NCBI GenBank assembly: GCA_964510585.1
Contig: CAZECW010000105.1
Coordinates: forward strand, 1-18,343
Reading direction: 5' to 3'
Length of the DNA stretch: 18,343 nt
From: an uncultured archaeon
Lineage (GTDB): Archaea > Asgardarchaeota > Jordiarchaeia > Jordiarchaeales > Jordiarchaeaceae
The first letter of the stretch is position 1; every line of letters begins with the position of its first letter. Below the pieces are notes generated by a model, which made no database searches, was not told the origin of the DNA, and saw nothing but the letters and a program-made list of their open reading frames with translations. A program made the position numbers and the translations under genes. Positions 1 to 8,347 of the stretch are shown piece by piece.

Positions 1-7
1 AAATATA

Positions 8-148
8 TTAACTTGACAATGTTAAATTTGTTTTCTTAGCAATTTTCCCCTAGTTTCTTTCCCTTTTTATCCTGAGGAGAAGTGGCTTTTCTGCTGTTTT
101 TGGTAATTTTGGGAAGGAAACCATCCTAATTTAACATTGTCGAGTTAA
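8..148. mobile_element. Candidate MITE / internally deleted IS: 21-bp imperfect terminal inverted repeats around a ~100-bp spacer
   Basis: 8-28 TTAACTTGACAATGTTAAATT is the reverse complement of 128-148 AATTTAACATTGTCGAGTTAA with 1 mismatch in 21. Both outer ends read TTAA, a possible target-site duplication. No transposase lies inside. Confidence 0.5.
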
Positions 149-277
149 GCAGCGGAGTGAAATTTAACAAAATGCGCCGCATATGATACACTTTTATTTT
201 ACTGGGGATATGTATTTTAGCAGAGGGATGCACGCCTCATAATGCAGATTTAATTATTGTTAGCAGTTGAGGTGCGC

Positions 278-976
278 ATGGTGAGAATAGTTGATAAAAC
301 GATTGATGGAATTTTTTTAGAGAGAGTTAACAAGTTTCTTACTATTGTTGAGTTGAACAAAACTAGTGTTTATTGCTTTTTGCCTGATCCTGGAAGGTTG
401 TATGAGTTGCTTTACCCCGGTGTGAGGGTTCTTCTCGCAGAGAGGCCAAATAAGAGTAGGAAGACGCGTTACGATTTGATTGCGGTTTATCATGGTGACC
501 AGTTGATATCTTTGGATTCTAGGATACCGAACAAGCTTGTTTTTGAGGCGTTAAAGAATAAGAGTTTAGATGAGTTCATGGAGTACTCCACAATTACTCC
601 CGAGTTTGAATTTCATGGGAGCAGAATTGATTTCCTGCTAGAAAATGGGCGAAAAAAATGTTTAGTTGAAGTGAAATCTTGTACCACGGTTATTGATGGC
701 GTAGCCTATTTTCCCAGTGCTCCGACTCTTCGCGGCCAGAAACACCTAACGGAACTTATGAACGCCCTTGGGGAAGGATATAGAAGTTGTGTTCTTTTTG
801 TGGTACAGAGAACGGATGCTAAGATTCTGCGGCCTCACGATTCTATAGATCAGAAATTTGGCAACATACTGAGAGAAGCGTATGGCCAGGGTGTTGAGGT
901 TTACGCTTATTTTTCAGAGTTTACGGGAAAAGAAATAACCATTCAAGGAAAAATACCAGTAGATCTATCGGTATGA
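278..976 (+). CDS. sfsA: DNA/RNA nuclease SfsA (sugar fermentation stimulation protein A), PD-(D/E)xK fold
   Basis: Motifs F..RVNKF, LPDPGRLYELL, SRIDFLL...VEVKS and FPSAPTLRGQKHL.EL are typical of SfsA. The ORF track starts at TTG 257; ATG 278 is preferred because GAGGTG lies at 269-274. Confidence 0.93.
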   Translation: MVRIVDKTIDGIFLERVNKFLTIVELNKTSVYCFLPDPGRLYELLYPGVRVLLAERPNKSRKTRYDLIAVYHGDQLISLDSRIPNKLVFEALKNKSLDEFMEYSTITPEFEFHGSRIDFLLENGRKKCLVEVKSCTTVIDGVAYFPSAPTLRGQKHLTELMNALGEGYRSCVLFVVQRTDAKILRPHDSIDQKFGNILREAYGQGVEVYAYFSEFTGKEITIQGKIPVDLSV

Positions 977-1010
977 ACTAATTTAGTAATGAGAAATCTC
1001 GGAGTGTGCA

Positions 1011-1751
1011 TTAGACCTCGAATATTCTTCCTCTGCATTCGGACTTACCAAATTCTTCTATTTTATAATCTAATTGTTTTTTTGTTATGATTTCTGCCTC
1101 AGCGTTGGTAGTTATAAGACAGATGCACTCCGATCCCCCGACTAGGCGTCCTATTCCCTCGTCTATAATGGCACTACACGCATCCCTGAAGGGGCAGTTA
1201 GGTACTACCTCAATTACTTGATTATTTTTTTCCCTAATGTAGCGTGCCGAAACTGCCGTTTTAATTTCTTTATTTATCTCCTCAGCCTTATATATAGCCT
1301 CGAATATATCTTTAGTAGTTCCAACTATGCTGGAAAGCATACCGCTGCTCTCCATTATGTATTTCATAGCGCTATAGGCGGCTCTTCTTGATCCTGCTCC
1401 TGTTGAGCCTTGGAGTTTGCTTTCTGCTTTACCTATGCCGTAGATTAGGGCGTTAAAACCTTTAGGGTACCTGTCCAAATTTGCTAGTATGTAATCTGTC
1501 ACCGCTCCCAAGCCACTAATATTCTCAGGTGGTTTTTCTCCTAGTTTTTTTGCTTCGAACTGCAGTGCGTACTCTGATACCATGCGTGCGAAAATTTGAC
1601 CGTATAATTTCGCGGTCTCCTCAACTGCAGTTTTTGCAACAAATACAATAGTTCGACTATCTAGCTCGCCTTCCACACTAAATTCATTTTTAATATTGGA
1701 CAAGTTAATTCCATCTCCTCCTATAATTTTAAAAGCTCTTACTTCTCGCAT
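1011..1751 (-). CDS. Hypothetical protein, 246 aa, with a C-terminal Cys-rich V4R/methanogen-output-like (putative Zn-binding) domain
   Basis: Clean ORF from an ATG. C-terminal pattern NCPFRDAC...ECIC...ECRGRIF resembles the CPF/x/C/x/C signature of V4R-fold domains. The fold assignment is inference. Confidence 0.6.
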   Translation of the reverse strand: MREVRAFKIIGGDGINLSNIKNEFSVEGELDSRTIVFVAKTAVEETAKLYGQIFARMVSEYALQFEAKKLGEKPPENISGLGAVTDYILANLDRYPKGFNALIYGIGKAESKLQGSTGAGSRRAAYSAMKYIMESSGMLSSIVGTTKDIFEAIYKAEEINKEIKTAVSARYIREKNNQVIEVVPNCPFRDACSAIIDEGIGRLVGGSECICLITTNAEAEIITKKQLDYKIEEFGKSECRGRIFEV

Positions 1752-2241
1752 CGCCCATAGGAATACAATAGACCTTGCACATAATTAATACCTTTAGAAA
1801 TTTTGCTACTTATACAGCGTCTTTCTTATCACTGTGCTAGCGTTTTTCGATGAGACATCTAGAAGTACTTTTCACACCGTTTCTGAATGATAAATAACTT
1901 GACCTATTAACATATAATTTATTTTTAATATTTAATTTATTTTCGGAAATTTAAAACTATGTATTAGCGATATCCCCTTGTATTGAGTGTATGATTTATT
2001 GTGTGGCGGTTTTCATTCTTTTACCTTAGTTGTTATTCTACAACTTCCAATTTGAGGAAGCTTTTTTGCACATATACTCTTCTGGGGAACCACACTTCAC
2101 CGCTTACCCAAAAAGTTTTGAAGCCGTGTTCCTCCTCCAGCATCACCGCGAATGGGCAAAACAAAAAATATGTAAATAGGAGAAACAATGGAGTATAGAC
2201 TCATTGGTTGTTTATTTTTGAGGTTATTTAGGTGATGCTAA

Positions 2242-2946
2242 ATGAAGAAATTCGACCTCCACATACATACCTGTTGTTCTCAGCACTGGGTCTGGGGCGT
2301 AGACGGTTTAAGCACACCCAGAGAGATTGTTGAAACAGCCGTCAGTCGAGGACTGGATGGAATTGCGGTTTCTGATCACAACACCACTAAGGGCGGGCTA
2401 CTAGCCGCAAAAATCGCAAGAAAAATAGATAAGGACTTCCTAGTGGTTCCCAGCATAGAGGTGAAGTCCAAGAGTGGAGACGTCCTTGCAATAGGTGTGC
2501 TGGAAGAGTTAACAATTAAGAGCAGAGTCCTAACTGCTGCAGAAGCCGTGGAACAAATGAGAGATAAAGGCGCGGTGATAGTTGCACCTCACCCCTATGG
2601 CAGAGAAGGGCTGGGCTCACTTGTGGAAAGTTTAAAATTTGATGCGCTTGAAGGCTTTAATGCCCATATCCTCCCACGCTACAATGCGAAGGCAAAGAAA
2701 TTAGCCCAGAAATTGAAGTTGCCAATGGTGGCAAGCAGCGACGCCCACATCGCAGAAGAAATTGCAAATGGAGTAACCGGCTTGGACATTGATGAACTCT
2801 CCATAAACGCGGTGAAGGAAGCCATAAGGAAGGGAAAAACAAAAATTGTTCAGGAAAAACACACAAAAAGTATGGGCCGCATCTATTCCAAAAAAATAGG
2901 CATACTATTCCACGCAGCAAAACGCCCACCATGCGGCGAAACCTGA
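2242..2946 (+). CDS. PHP-domain metal-dependent phosphoesterase (stand-alone PHP family), copy 1
   Basis: Metal-ligand motifs DLHIHT, SDHNT, IEV, APHP, EGFN and SDAH are all present. RBS-like AGGTG lies upstream of the ATG. Confidence 0.9.
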   Translation: MKKFDLHIHTCCSQHWVWGVDGLSTPREIVETAVSRGLDGIAVSDHNTTKGGLLAAKIARKIDKDFLVVPSIEVKSKSGDVLAIGVLEELTIKSRVLTAAEAVEQMRDKGAVIVAPHPYGREGLGSLVESLKFDALEGFNAHILPRYNAKAKKLAQKLKLPMVASSDAHIAEEIANGVTGLDIDELSINAVKEAIRKGKTKIVQEKHTKSMGRIYSKKIGILFHAAKRPPCGET

Positions 2947-2967
2947 AACACTCCTCTTGGCGATTAT

Positions 2968-3678
2968 ATGAAAAAAATGGATCTCCACATTCACACCACC
3001 TGTTCCCAACACTGGATTTGGGGACCAGACGCGGTGAGCACTCCAAGACAAGTAGTTAAAACAGCAATAAGTAAGGGATTATCAGGCATAGCGGTGACTG
3101 ACCACGACACAGTAAAAGGGGGTTTAGTAGCTTCAAAAATAGCGAGAAAACTGGATAAGGATTTCCTCGTAATACCGGGCATCGAGGTTAAATGCAGAGA
3201 AGGGGATATTATCGCGCTGGGAATAAAAAATGAACCTAAGGGTCATATGGGCAATTTTTCTGCTGTCGAAACTGTGGAAATATTAAAGGATATGGGTGCT
3301 CTGGTTATTGCTCCCCACCCTTTTGGCTGGGGAGGGGTGGGAAAACATTTAGATGGTGCGGGATTTGACGCTATTGAGGGGTTCAACGCCAGCCAACTGA
3401 GGTGTGTTAACACCAGGGCAAAGATAGCGGCCCACAAATTGGGTTTACCCATGGTGGCGGGCAGCGACGCCCATTACCATGTAAATGTTGGGAATGGTTT
3501 AACAGCAATAGACTGTGAAGATAATAGTGTGGATTCTATATTAGAAGCAATTAGTAAGGGAAAGGTGAAAATATGCCAAGAAAAGCGAACGAGGAACAGG
3601 CTGATAGTTTACACTTTTAGGATAATCACGTTTTATAAAACTATTCTATGGGGACGCTCCACCTGTAACGAATACTAA
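2968..3678 (+). CDS. PHP-domain metal-dependent phosphoesterase, copy 2 (tandem paralog)
   Basis: DLHIHT, TDHDT, GIEV, APHP, EGFN and GSDAH are present. Colinear with copy 1 along its whole length, about half the residues identical by eye, 21 bp downstream of copy 1. Confidence 0.9.
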   Translation: MKKMDLHIHTTCSQHWIWGPDAVSTPRQVVKTAISKGLSGIAVTDHDTVKGGLVASKIARKLDKDFLVIPGIEVKCREGDIIALGIKNEPKGHMGNFSAVETVEILKDMGALVIAPHPFGWGGVGKHLDGAGFDAIEGFNASQLRCVNTRAKIAAHKLGLPMVAGSDAHYHVNVGNGLTAIDCEDNSVDSILEAISKGKVKICQEKRTRNRLIVYTFRIITFYKTILWGRSTCNEY

Positions 3679-3802
3679 AAAAGATTAGTAGCAGATATTA
3701 ATGAGGATTTTAAAATATAGACAATTTTGGGATTTCTGAGATTATAACTTCCTTCAAAAAAGCGTTTCCCAACGAGGCACTGCACCCTAATATATGGAGT
3801 TT

Positions 3803-4002
3803 CAAGTAACTATGGTGTCCGACAATTGTCTCTACGGGGATGCTTGCAGTGCTCTTAATAAATGAGGGAATAAGACACCTAGTTAGAGGTCGAAGAATAT
3901 ACAGAGAAGGTAGTATTTCTAATGCCTGTCGCGGAAATCACTACAAAAAATAAGATTTGACTAAACGGATTCGAAAAATCAGAATGTAGATGAAAAGTCT
4001 AA
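3803..4002 (+). pseudogene. Decayed fragment of a paralog of the 1011-1751 V4R-like gene (C-terminal part only)
   Basis: 3803-3883 aligns with the reverse complement of 1141-1220 at 57/81 nt (hand count, one 1-nt gap). Stitched translation QVTMVSDNCLYGDACSAL/INEGIRHLVRG.../AEITTK...FEKSECR*KV matches QVIEVVPNCPFRDACSAIIDEGIGRLVGG...AEIITK...FGKSECRGR. It carries at least two frameshifts plus stop codons. Confidence 0.85.
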
Positions 4003-4331
4003 ATGTTCATTCTGCGGAAAAGTCTCCATTTTTTTAAATTTATGGCTTTATAACTTGAAGTACAAAGGGGTTAGGGAGAAACAATTATGAATTTTTGAAA
4101 ATTTTCCAAAACTTTCACTAATTGTGTGGTTGAAAGCGGTGAGGAATAGTTCGGCTTCTCAAAAGTATATGTTTTTGGGAGCTTCTATGATTTTCAATAA
4201 AAGTGTGGGTAAGTTAATCTATAATTGCTAATGGTTGAATTTAAAAAAATTTATTAATATAACATCATAATAAGATGAAGTAAACTGAAAATTTGAGTTA
4301 GAAATAGATAAAATATGGAGGTAAAAATGAT

Positions 4332-5495
4332 ATGACTCAAAAATGGAGAATGGTAACTACAACAACTGACGTGGCGGACTGGTATAGTGGCTTTATTCCA
4401 GCGGCTCTAAGAGCCACAGCTGAAGGAAAGATCCCAGATACTGTAGCATTTTATTATCTTGATAAGCCGGCAATCTTCCTGCAACGCTACTGTGATGTTT
4501 TGAGAGACATTAACTATGAGGCTGCTGTGGAGCACGGTATAAAGATTACGAGAGGAATCGTGGCTGGTGGCGGCGTAATTTATGCAGAGCCCGGATCCGA
4601 GCCTTTTGTTGGTTTAGTCTGGAATAAAGATAAGCACCCTGAACTGCCATCGTCGCCAGACATGGTGCTGATGAAGATATTGGGTGCTGGTGCAGATGTT
4701 TTGAGTGAGAGGTACAAGCTTCCCATCAGGTATCGCCCTCTGAACGATATGGAAATCTGGGATCCTAACAAGAAGACTTGGAGGAAGTTTATGGGCTGCG
4801 GTTCTTCGGGACTGTTTAACGCTATGGGATTCGCCTGGTTCCCTAACTGTACAAAGCCCAGTGACCTGATGCGTAAGGTCTTAGTTTCCCCAGCAGAGAA
4901 ATTTGCCGACAAGGTTCTTAAGGACGTAATGGAGAGAGGGTGGAACCTTCAAGAGGCCGGCGTGTATACTAAAGGCTTGGAGGAGATAGATAGGATTCGC
5001 CAAGACTGGGTTGATATTACCCTGCAGACATTTAAGAAGGCATTTGGCATCGAGGTAGAAGAGGGAAAATGGGAGGATTTCGAGTTTCAATATGTGAAAG
5101 ATTTTACCAAGCAGTTCCATTCGGAGCAATGGATATTTGCTAGGTCGGCTGAGAAAAAGTTTGAGGAAATTCCTGAAGGTACACATCTGGGAAAAGCCTT
5201 CTTGAAGATATCTGGAGGACCATTGATTAGAGCCTATGTTTTGAGGGAAGGAGACACTATAAAGGATATGATGTTTACAGGTACCTTACAGATGGCTCCA
5301 GGCGACGCTCTTGAGAAGCTGGAAAAGGAACTTATTGGCTTGAAAGTGAAGGATGTGGCGGCTATCAGGGAAAAGGTTAACTGGATGTTCAGGAAAGGGG
5401 GAATGTACCCCGACGGTGTTCAGATAGGAATGCTGGAGGAATCACAGCTAGTGGACATCATTGTGCAAGCTTGTAAACAGAGCTACGAGAGCTAA
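4332..5495 (+). CDS. Lipoate-protein ligase A family protein (catalytic domain plus C-terminal LplB-like domain), divergent
   Basis: RGIVAGGGVIY corresponds to the RRxxGGGxVY motif. RPLNDMEI...RKFMGCG corresponds to ND...KxxG with the conserved Lys. Also PAEKFADK and a C-terminal IKDMMFTGT domain. RBS GGAGGT at 4317-4322. Confidence 0.8.
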   Translation: MTQKWRMVTTTTDVADWYSGFIPAALRATAEGKIPDTVAFYYLDKPAIFLQRYCDVLRDINYEAAVEHGIKITRGIVAGGGVIYAEPGSEPFVGLVWNKDKHPELPSSPDMVLMKILGAGADVLSERYKLPIRYRPLNDMEIWDPNKKTWRKFMGCGSSGLFNAMGFAWFPNCTKPSDLMRKVLVSPAEKFADKVLKDVMERGWNLQEAGVYTKGLEEIDRIRQDWVDITLQTFKKAFGIEVEEGKWEDFEFQYVKDFTKQFHSEQWIFARSAEKKFEEIPEGTHLGKAFLKISGGPLIRAYVLREGDTIKDMMFTGTLQMAPGDALEKLEKELIGLKVKDVAAIREKVNWMFRKGGMYPDGVQIGMLEESQLVDIIVQACKQSYES

Positions 5496-5506
5496 TCACC
5501 AATTAT

Positions 5507-5535
5507 GGGGGAACAGCTCCCCCTCCTACTTTTTT
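5507..5535 (+). terminator. Candidate terminator after the LplA-like gene
   Basis: GGGGGA-ACAGC-TCCCCC 6-bp stem followed by TCCTAC and TTTTTT, starting 11 bp after the stop codon. Confidence 0.45.
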
Positions 5536-5696
5536 AATCCATTTATTACCTGCCACTTTATTTTTCTACCAACGTGATTTTCAAATTTCGATTTCTGCCT
5601 TTTTGGGCAATGGTTATATTAATGGCAGTGCGGGTTATCCTTGCCTTTTGGTGCTTCACCATTAAAATTTTAATTTTGATGGGGAAAAGTTTGTTT

Positions 5697-6717
5697 TCAA
5701 ATAGGGGAACATACAGTTTTCGCATCGCGGTTTTTTTGCTTATTCACCATGAAGTCGATTATTATGTTTTCCTTTGCCTCCAATTCGCCGTCTGGAAGTT
5801 TTTTTGCTCTCGCACTCTGGATTTCTAATTCGCCGAATTTTAGTCCCGATAATTTGTAATCTGAGTTGTATGACTGGATTACTGCTCGCGCACCGTAGGG
5901 GTTTGACTTTGCGGGATCTACACATTCATCCTGACTTTTGGCTCCAGTTGACGAAAACACTGAGATAAGAACGTTTTTTCCGTTTTTCTTGAATTGGTAC
6001 TCCATTCTTGCTTCTTGCGGGTTGGGTAGATCCTCTGGGCGGATGCCTAACTTTAATTCTCTCTGTCCATCTATGGTGAACTCGACATGGTTCTCAAAGA
6101 CTTAGGTTGGAGCCTGGAATGGGGTCGAAATAGTGGATTGGCTGAGCATCCTTGACAACTGGCACTATGAGCCTTCCTTTACCCTCATCTCCTGTTGGTA
6201 CCTGTATCAGAGTCCACAGAGCAAATGGATGATGATAGTCTTTTACCGTTAAAAAATCAAGGAGTCTTATTCGTGCAGAAACTGCCCCTCCCTCTTGGTG
6301 CACTTCAACTAGTTCGAAGCGTTTCCTGATTTTACCATTAAGAGTTTCTTTTGAAATCATGTCCTTAGCCGAGACTGCGCTCTCAAGTTCCACTGCATAC
6401 TTTTCTTTTGATGTTACCCGATAATTGGCGGGGTCTACTCCCGGCGGACATCGCCAACCTCCAAATTTTTCCGGCTCGTCGTAGAAAAATGCCTGCTCTG
6501 GTGAAATCCAGGTGCGAATACCACCAGTGTTCCACTCTCCCCTATCTAGAACTTCGATTATGTTTGGATTCGTCCATAATAGGTTTCCAATCCCCAGATC
6601 TATGCCCAGAATGCGTCCCCCACGTGGCAATATGTGGAGGGAGACGGGAGGGGAACGAATACATATTATTTCGGCGTTTTTCCCGATCTTTTTCGTTATG
6701 GCTGTGAGTTCGTCCAA
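5697..6717 (-). pseudogene. Frameshifted ~340-codon gene (DUF6786-like / mutarotase-like beta-sandwich protein); split into ORFs 6094-6717 and 5697-6101
   Basis: ORF 6094-6717 ends ...IHYFDPIPGSNLSL*. The +1 frame is open from 6101 (VFENHVEFTIDGQRELKLGIRPEDLPNPQEAR) straight into ORF 5697-6005, and a TAA immediately precedes it, which pins the shift to about 6102-6097. N-terminal motifs GGRILG, LLWTNP, WNTGGIRTWISPE and W.CPPGVDP recall DUF6786-like proteins from memory; the family name is tentative. Confidence 0.75.
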
Positions 6718-6883
6718 GTTAAAAACTTCCTGCTTCCATCTGAAGTTTTTCGTTGGGAAATGTTTGTGGCAGTTTGGAGTTAGATGGTGATTTCTGCGAT
6801 TGTGTTTTTCGCCACTATAATTGCAGTTAGGGAGGGAGTGAATGGAGAGTGGAAATAAAGGCGGAGTCTTTGTGATTTATGTT

Positions 6884-8347
6884 TTATTCTTCTGGTTCTG
6901 CTTTTTCTACGATGAGTGTTAGTCCTTGTACTTTTACTACTTTTATTTTTGTTCCTGTGGTTATTGGTTTTCCGTCTTGGGATTTTGCGCTCCAGGTTTC
7001 TGATGCCACTAGTACCTGTCCTTTTGGTGTTAGGTCGGTTGTTGCTTTTCCGGTTTTTCCAACTAGTTTTTCAATGTCTAGTTCTTTGCTTATTTTTCTG
7101 GTTTCTCCCACTTTGTAGACGAGGTAGGCGAAGAATGCGGAGATGAAGAGGGATACGAGCACTACTGTGATTATTACGGTCTGTATAAAATTGGAGGTGA
7201 TTAGCCAGTTTGATGTGGGAAAGATTAGGATTGCTCCCAGTATGAAGCAGGCTGTGCCACCAGCTGCTAGTGCAAAGGTGTGGGTTTTAAGTTCCAGAAT
7301 AAATAGTATGAATCCAAAGACGAAGAGTAGGATGGAGGCGAAACTAAATCCCAGGATGCCTAAGCCAGCCAGTCCCAGCACCAGAGAAATGCCGCCCAGT
7401 ATTTCCGCCCCGAAACCTGGTGTTTTGAGACCTATGACGATGGCGAATAAGCCCACTATGAGCAGAATGTAGGTTACATAGGGATTCACTATGATTCTCA
7501 AAGCATTGTACTGTAATGGTTTTTCGTAATAGTATATAACTGGGCTGTCGCTTATTCCCGCAAAGTCAATTTGACTAACTGGACTGTAAGAGGGAGCGTC
7601 CGCCGTGGGTACTAGCTTCCAGGCTAGTATGCCTGTGGGTGAGTTATACTTTATTAGGGACTTGTCTTCTAGTTGTTGGAGGAGCCCATAGAGGTCGTTA
7701 GCTACTATTTCTATTATGCCAGCGTCTTTTGCGTTTTGGGGTAGGAGGTAAAGGTTAATGGCAACGAGTTGTTGAGCTATGGCTACGTTTCTGTCATGAA
7801 GGAGTGCGTGGGTATACATTAATCCAATCATTGAATACGCATATCTTGCATCATAGCCTAGCTGTCCCACCTGTGCTGGTTGAGCTGAGCCTATGAGGGT
7901 GCCTTGAGACATTGCAGCGATATGGCTGGACATAAGTAAGTATGTTCCCCCGCTCCAAGCTGTGGAGCCGAAGGGAGTCACAAAAACGCATATGGGTATG
8001 CTGCTTACCTCAAACATGTTCATAATGTTCTGAACGGCGCTTAACTCGCCGCCCGGCGTGTTTAAGAAAACTACAATCAGGTCAACTTGGGCGTAAACAG
8101 CCTTAAACATGGCGTCTTGAATCATCAGCTCAGTGGAGCGTGTCACCTCTTCGTCTATGGTTATTATCATTACTGTTTTGGAAAATGCCTGTTTGCAGTC
8201 AACCTTCTGTGCTTGGTAATGATTCGCAGTCAAATACTGGCTCCAGTCCAAGAAGTATTTTTGATTATCTTGGCCCTGTGTTAGCAGCCCAAACGCTAAG
8301 GGTAACAGTAGCAAGATTATAAAAAGGAAAAGGGTAATCTTCCTCAA
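6884..8347 (-). CDS. nfeD: Long-form NfeD (ClpP-class membrane protease domain + membrane domain + C-terminal OB-fold)
   Basis: Signal peptide MRKITLFLFIILLLLPLAFG. ClpP-like motifs LNTPGGEL, AWSGGTYLLMSSHIAAM..GTLIGSAQP and DRN. Multi-helix segment with GLKTPGFG. C-terminal LVGKTGKA.TDLTPKGQVLV..ETWSA...I..GTKIKVVKVQGLTLIVE. TTG 8347 follows GGAGGT; the ORF track starts at 8356. Confidence 0.92.
   Translation of the reverse strand: MRKITLFLFIILLLLPLAFGLLTQGQDNQKYFLDWSQYLTANHYQAQKVDCKQAFSKTVMIITIDEEVTRSTELMIQDAMFKAVYAQVDLIVVFLNTPGGELSAVQNIMNMFEVSSIPICVFVTPFGSTAWSGGTYLLMSSHIAAMSQGTLIGSAQPAQVGQLGYDARYAYSMIGLMYTHALLHDRNVAIAQQLVAINLYLLPQNAKDAGIIEIVANDLYGLLQQLEDKSLIKYNSPTGILAWKLVPTADAPSYSPVSQIDFAGISDSPVIYYYEKPLQYNALRIIVNPYVTYILLIVGLFAIVIGLKTPGFGAEILGGISLVLGLAGLGILGFSFASILLFVFGFILFILELKTHTFALAAGGTACFILGAILIFPTSNWLITSNFIQTVIITVVLVSLFISAFFAYLVYKVGETRKISKELDIEKLVGKTGKATTDLTPKGQVLVASETWSAKSQDGKPITTGTKIKVVKVQGLTLIVEKAEPEE

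Noticed and set aside
2033-2143. 36-aa minus-strand ORF MLEEEHGFKTFWVSGEVWFPRRVYVQKSFLKLEVVE (and the overlapping + ORF 2001-2198)
   Set aside because: It looks protein-like and may be a gene remnant, but it has no properly spaced RBS and no recognisable family, so it cannot be supported without a search.
2657-3452. Antisense ORFs 2657-3046, 2991-3182 and 3243-3452
   Set aside because: Shadow ORFs opposite the well-supported PHP genes.
5659-5682. AT-rich hairpin CCATTAAAAT-TTTA-ATTTTGATGG between convergent genes
   Set aside because: It could be a terminator, but it is low-complexity and AT-rich with one mismatch, so chance occurrence is likely.
6094-6096. UGA as selenocysteine or stop readthrough
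   Set aside because: The in-frame continuation is not protein-like, whereas the +1 frame is. No SECIS-like element was recognised.
4580-6790. Alternative ORFs 4580-4912, 4881-5186, 5574-5828, 5740-5925, 5774-5968, 6408-6707 and 6512-6790
   Set aside because: They overlap better-supported genes on the opposite strand and show no motifs.
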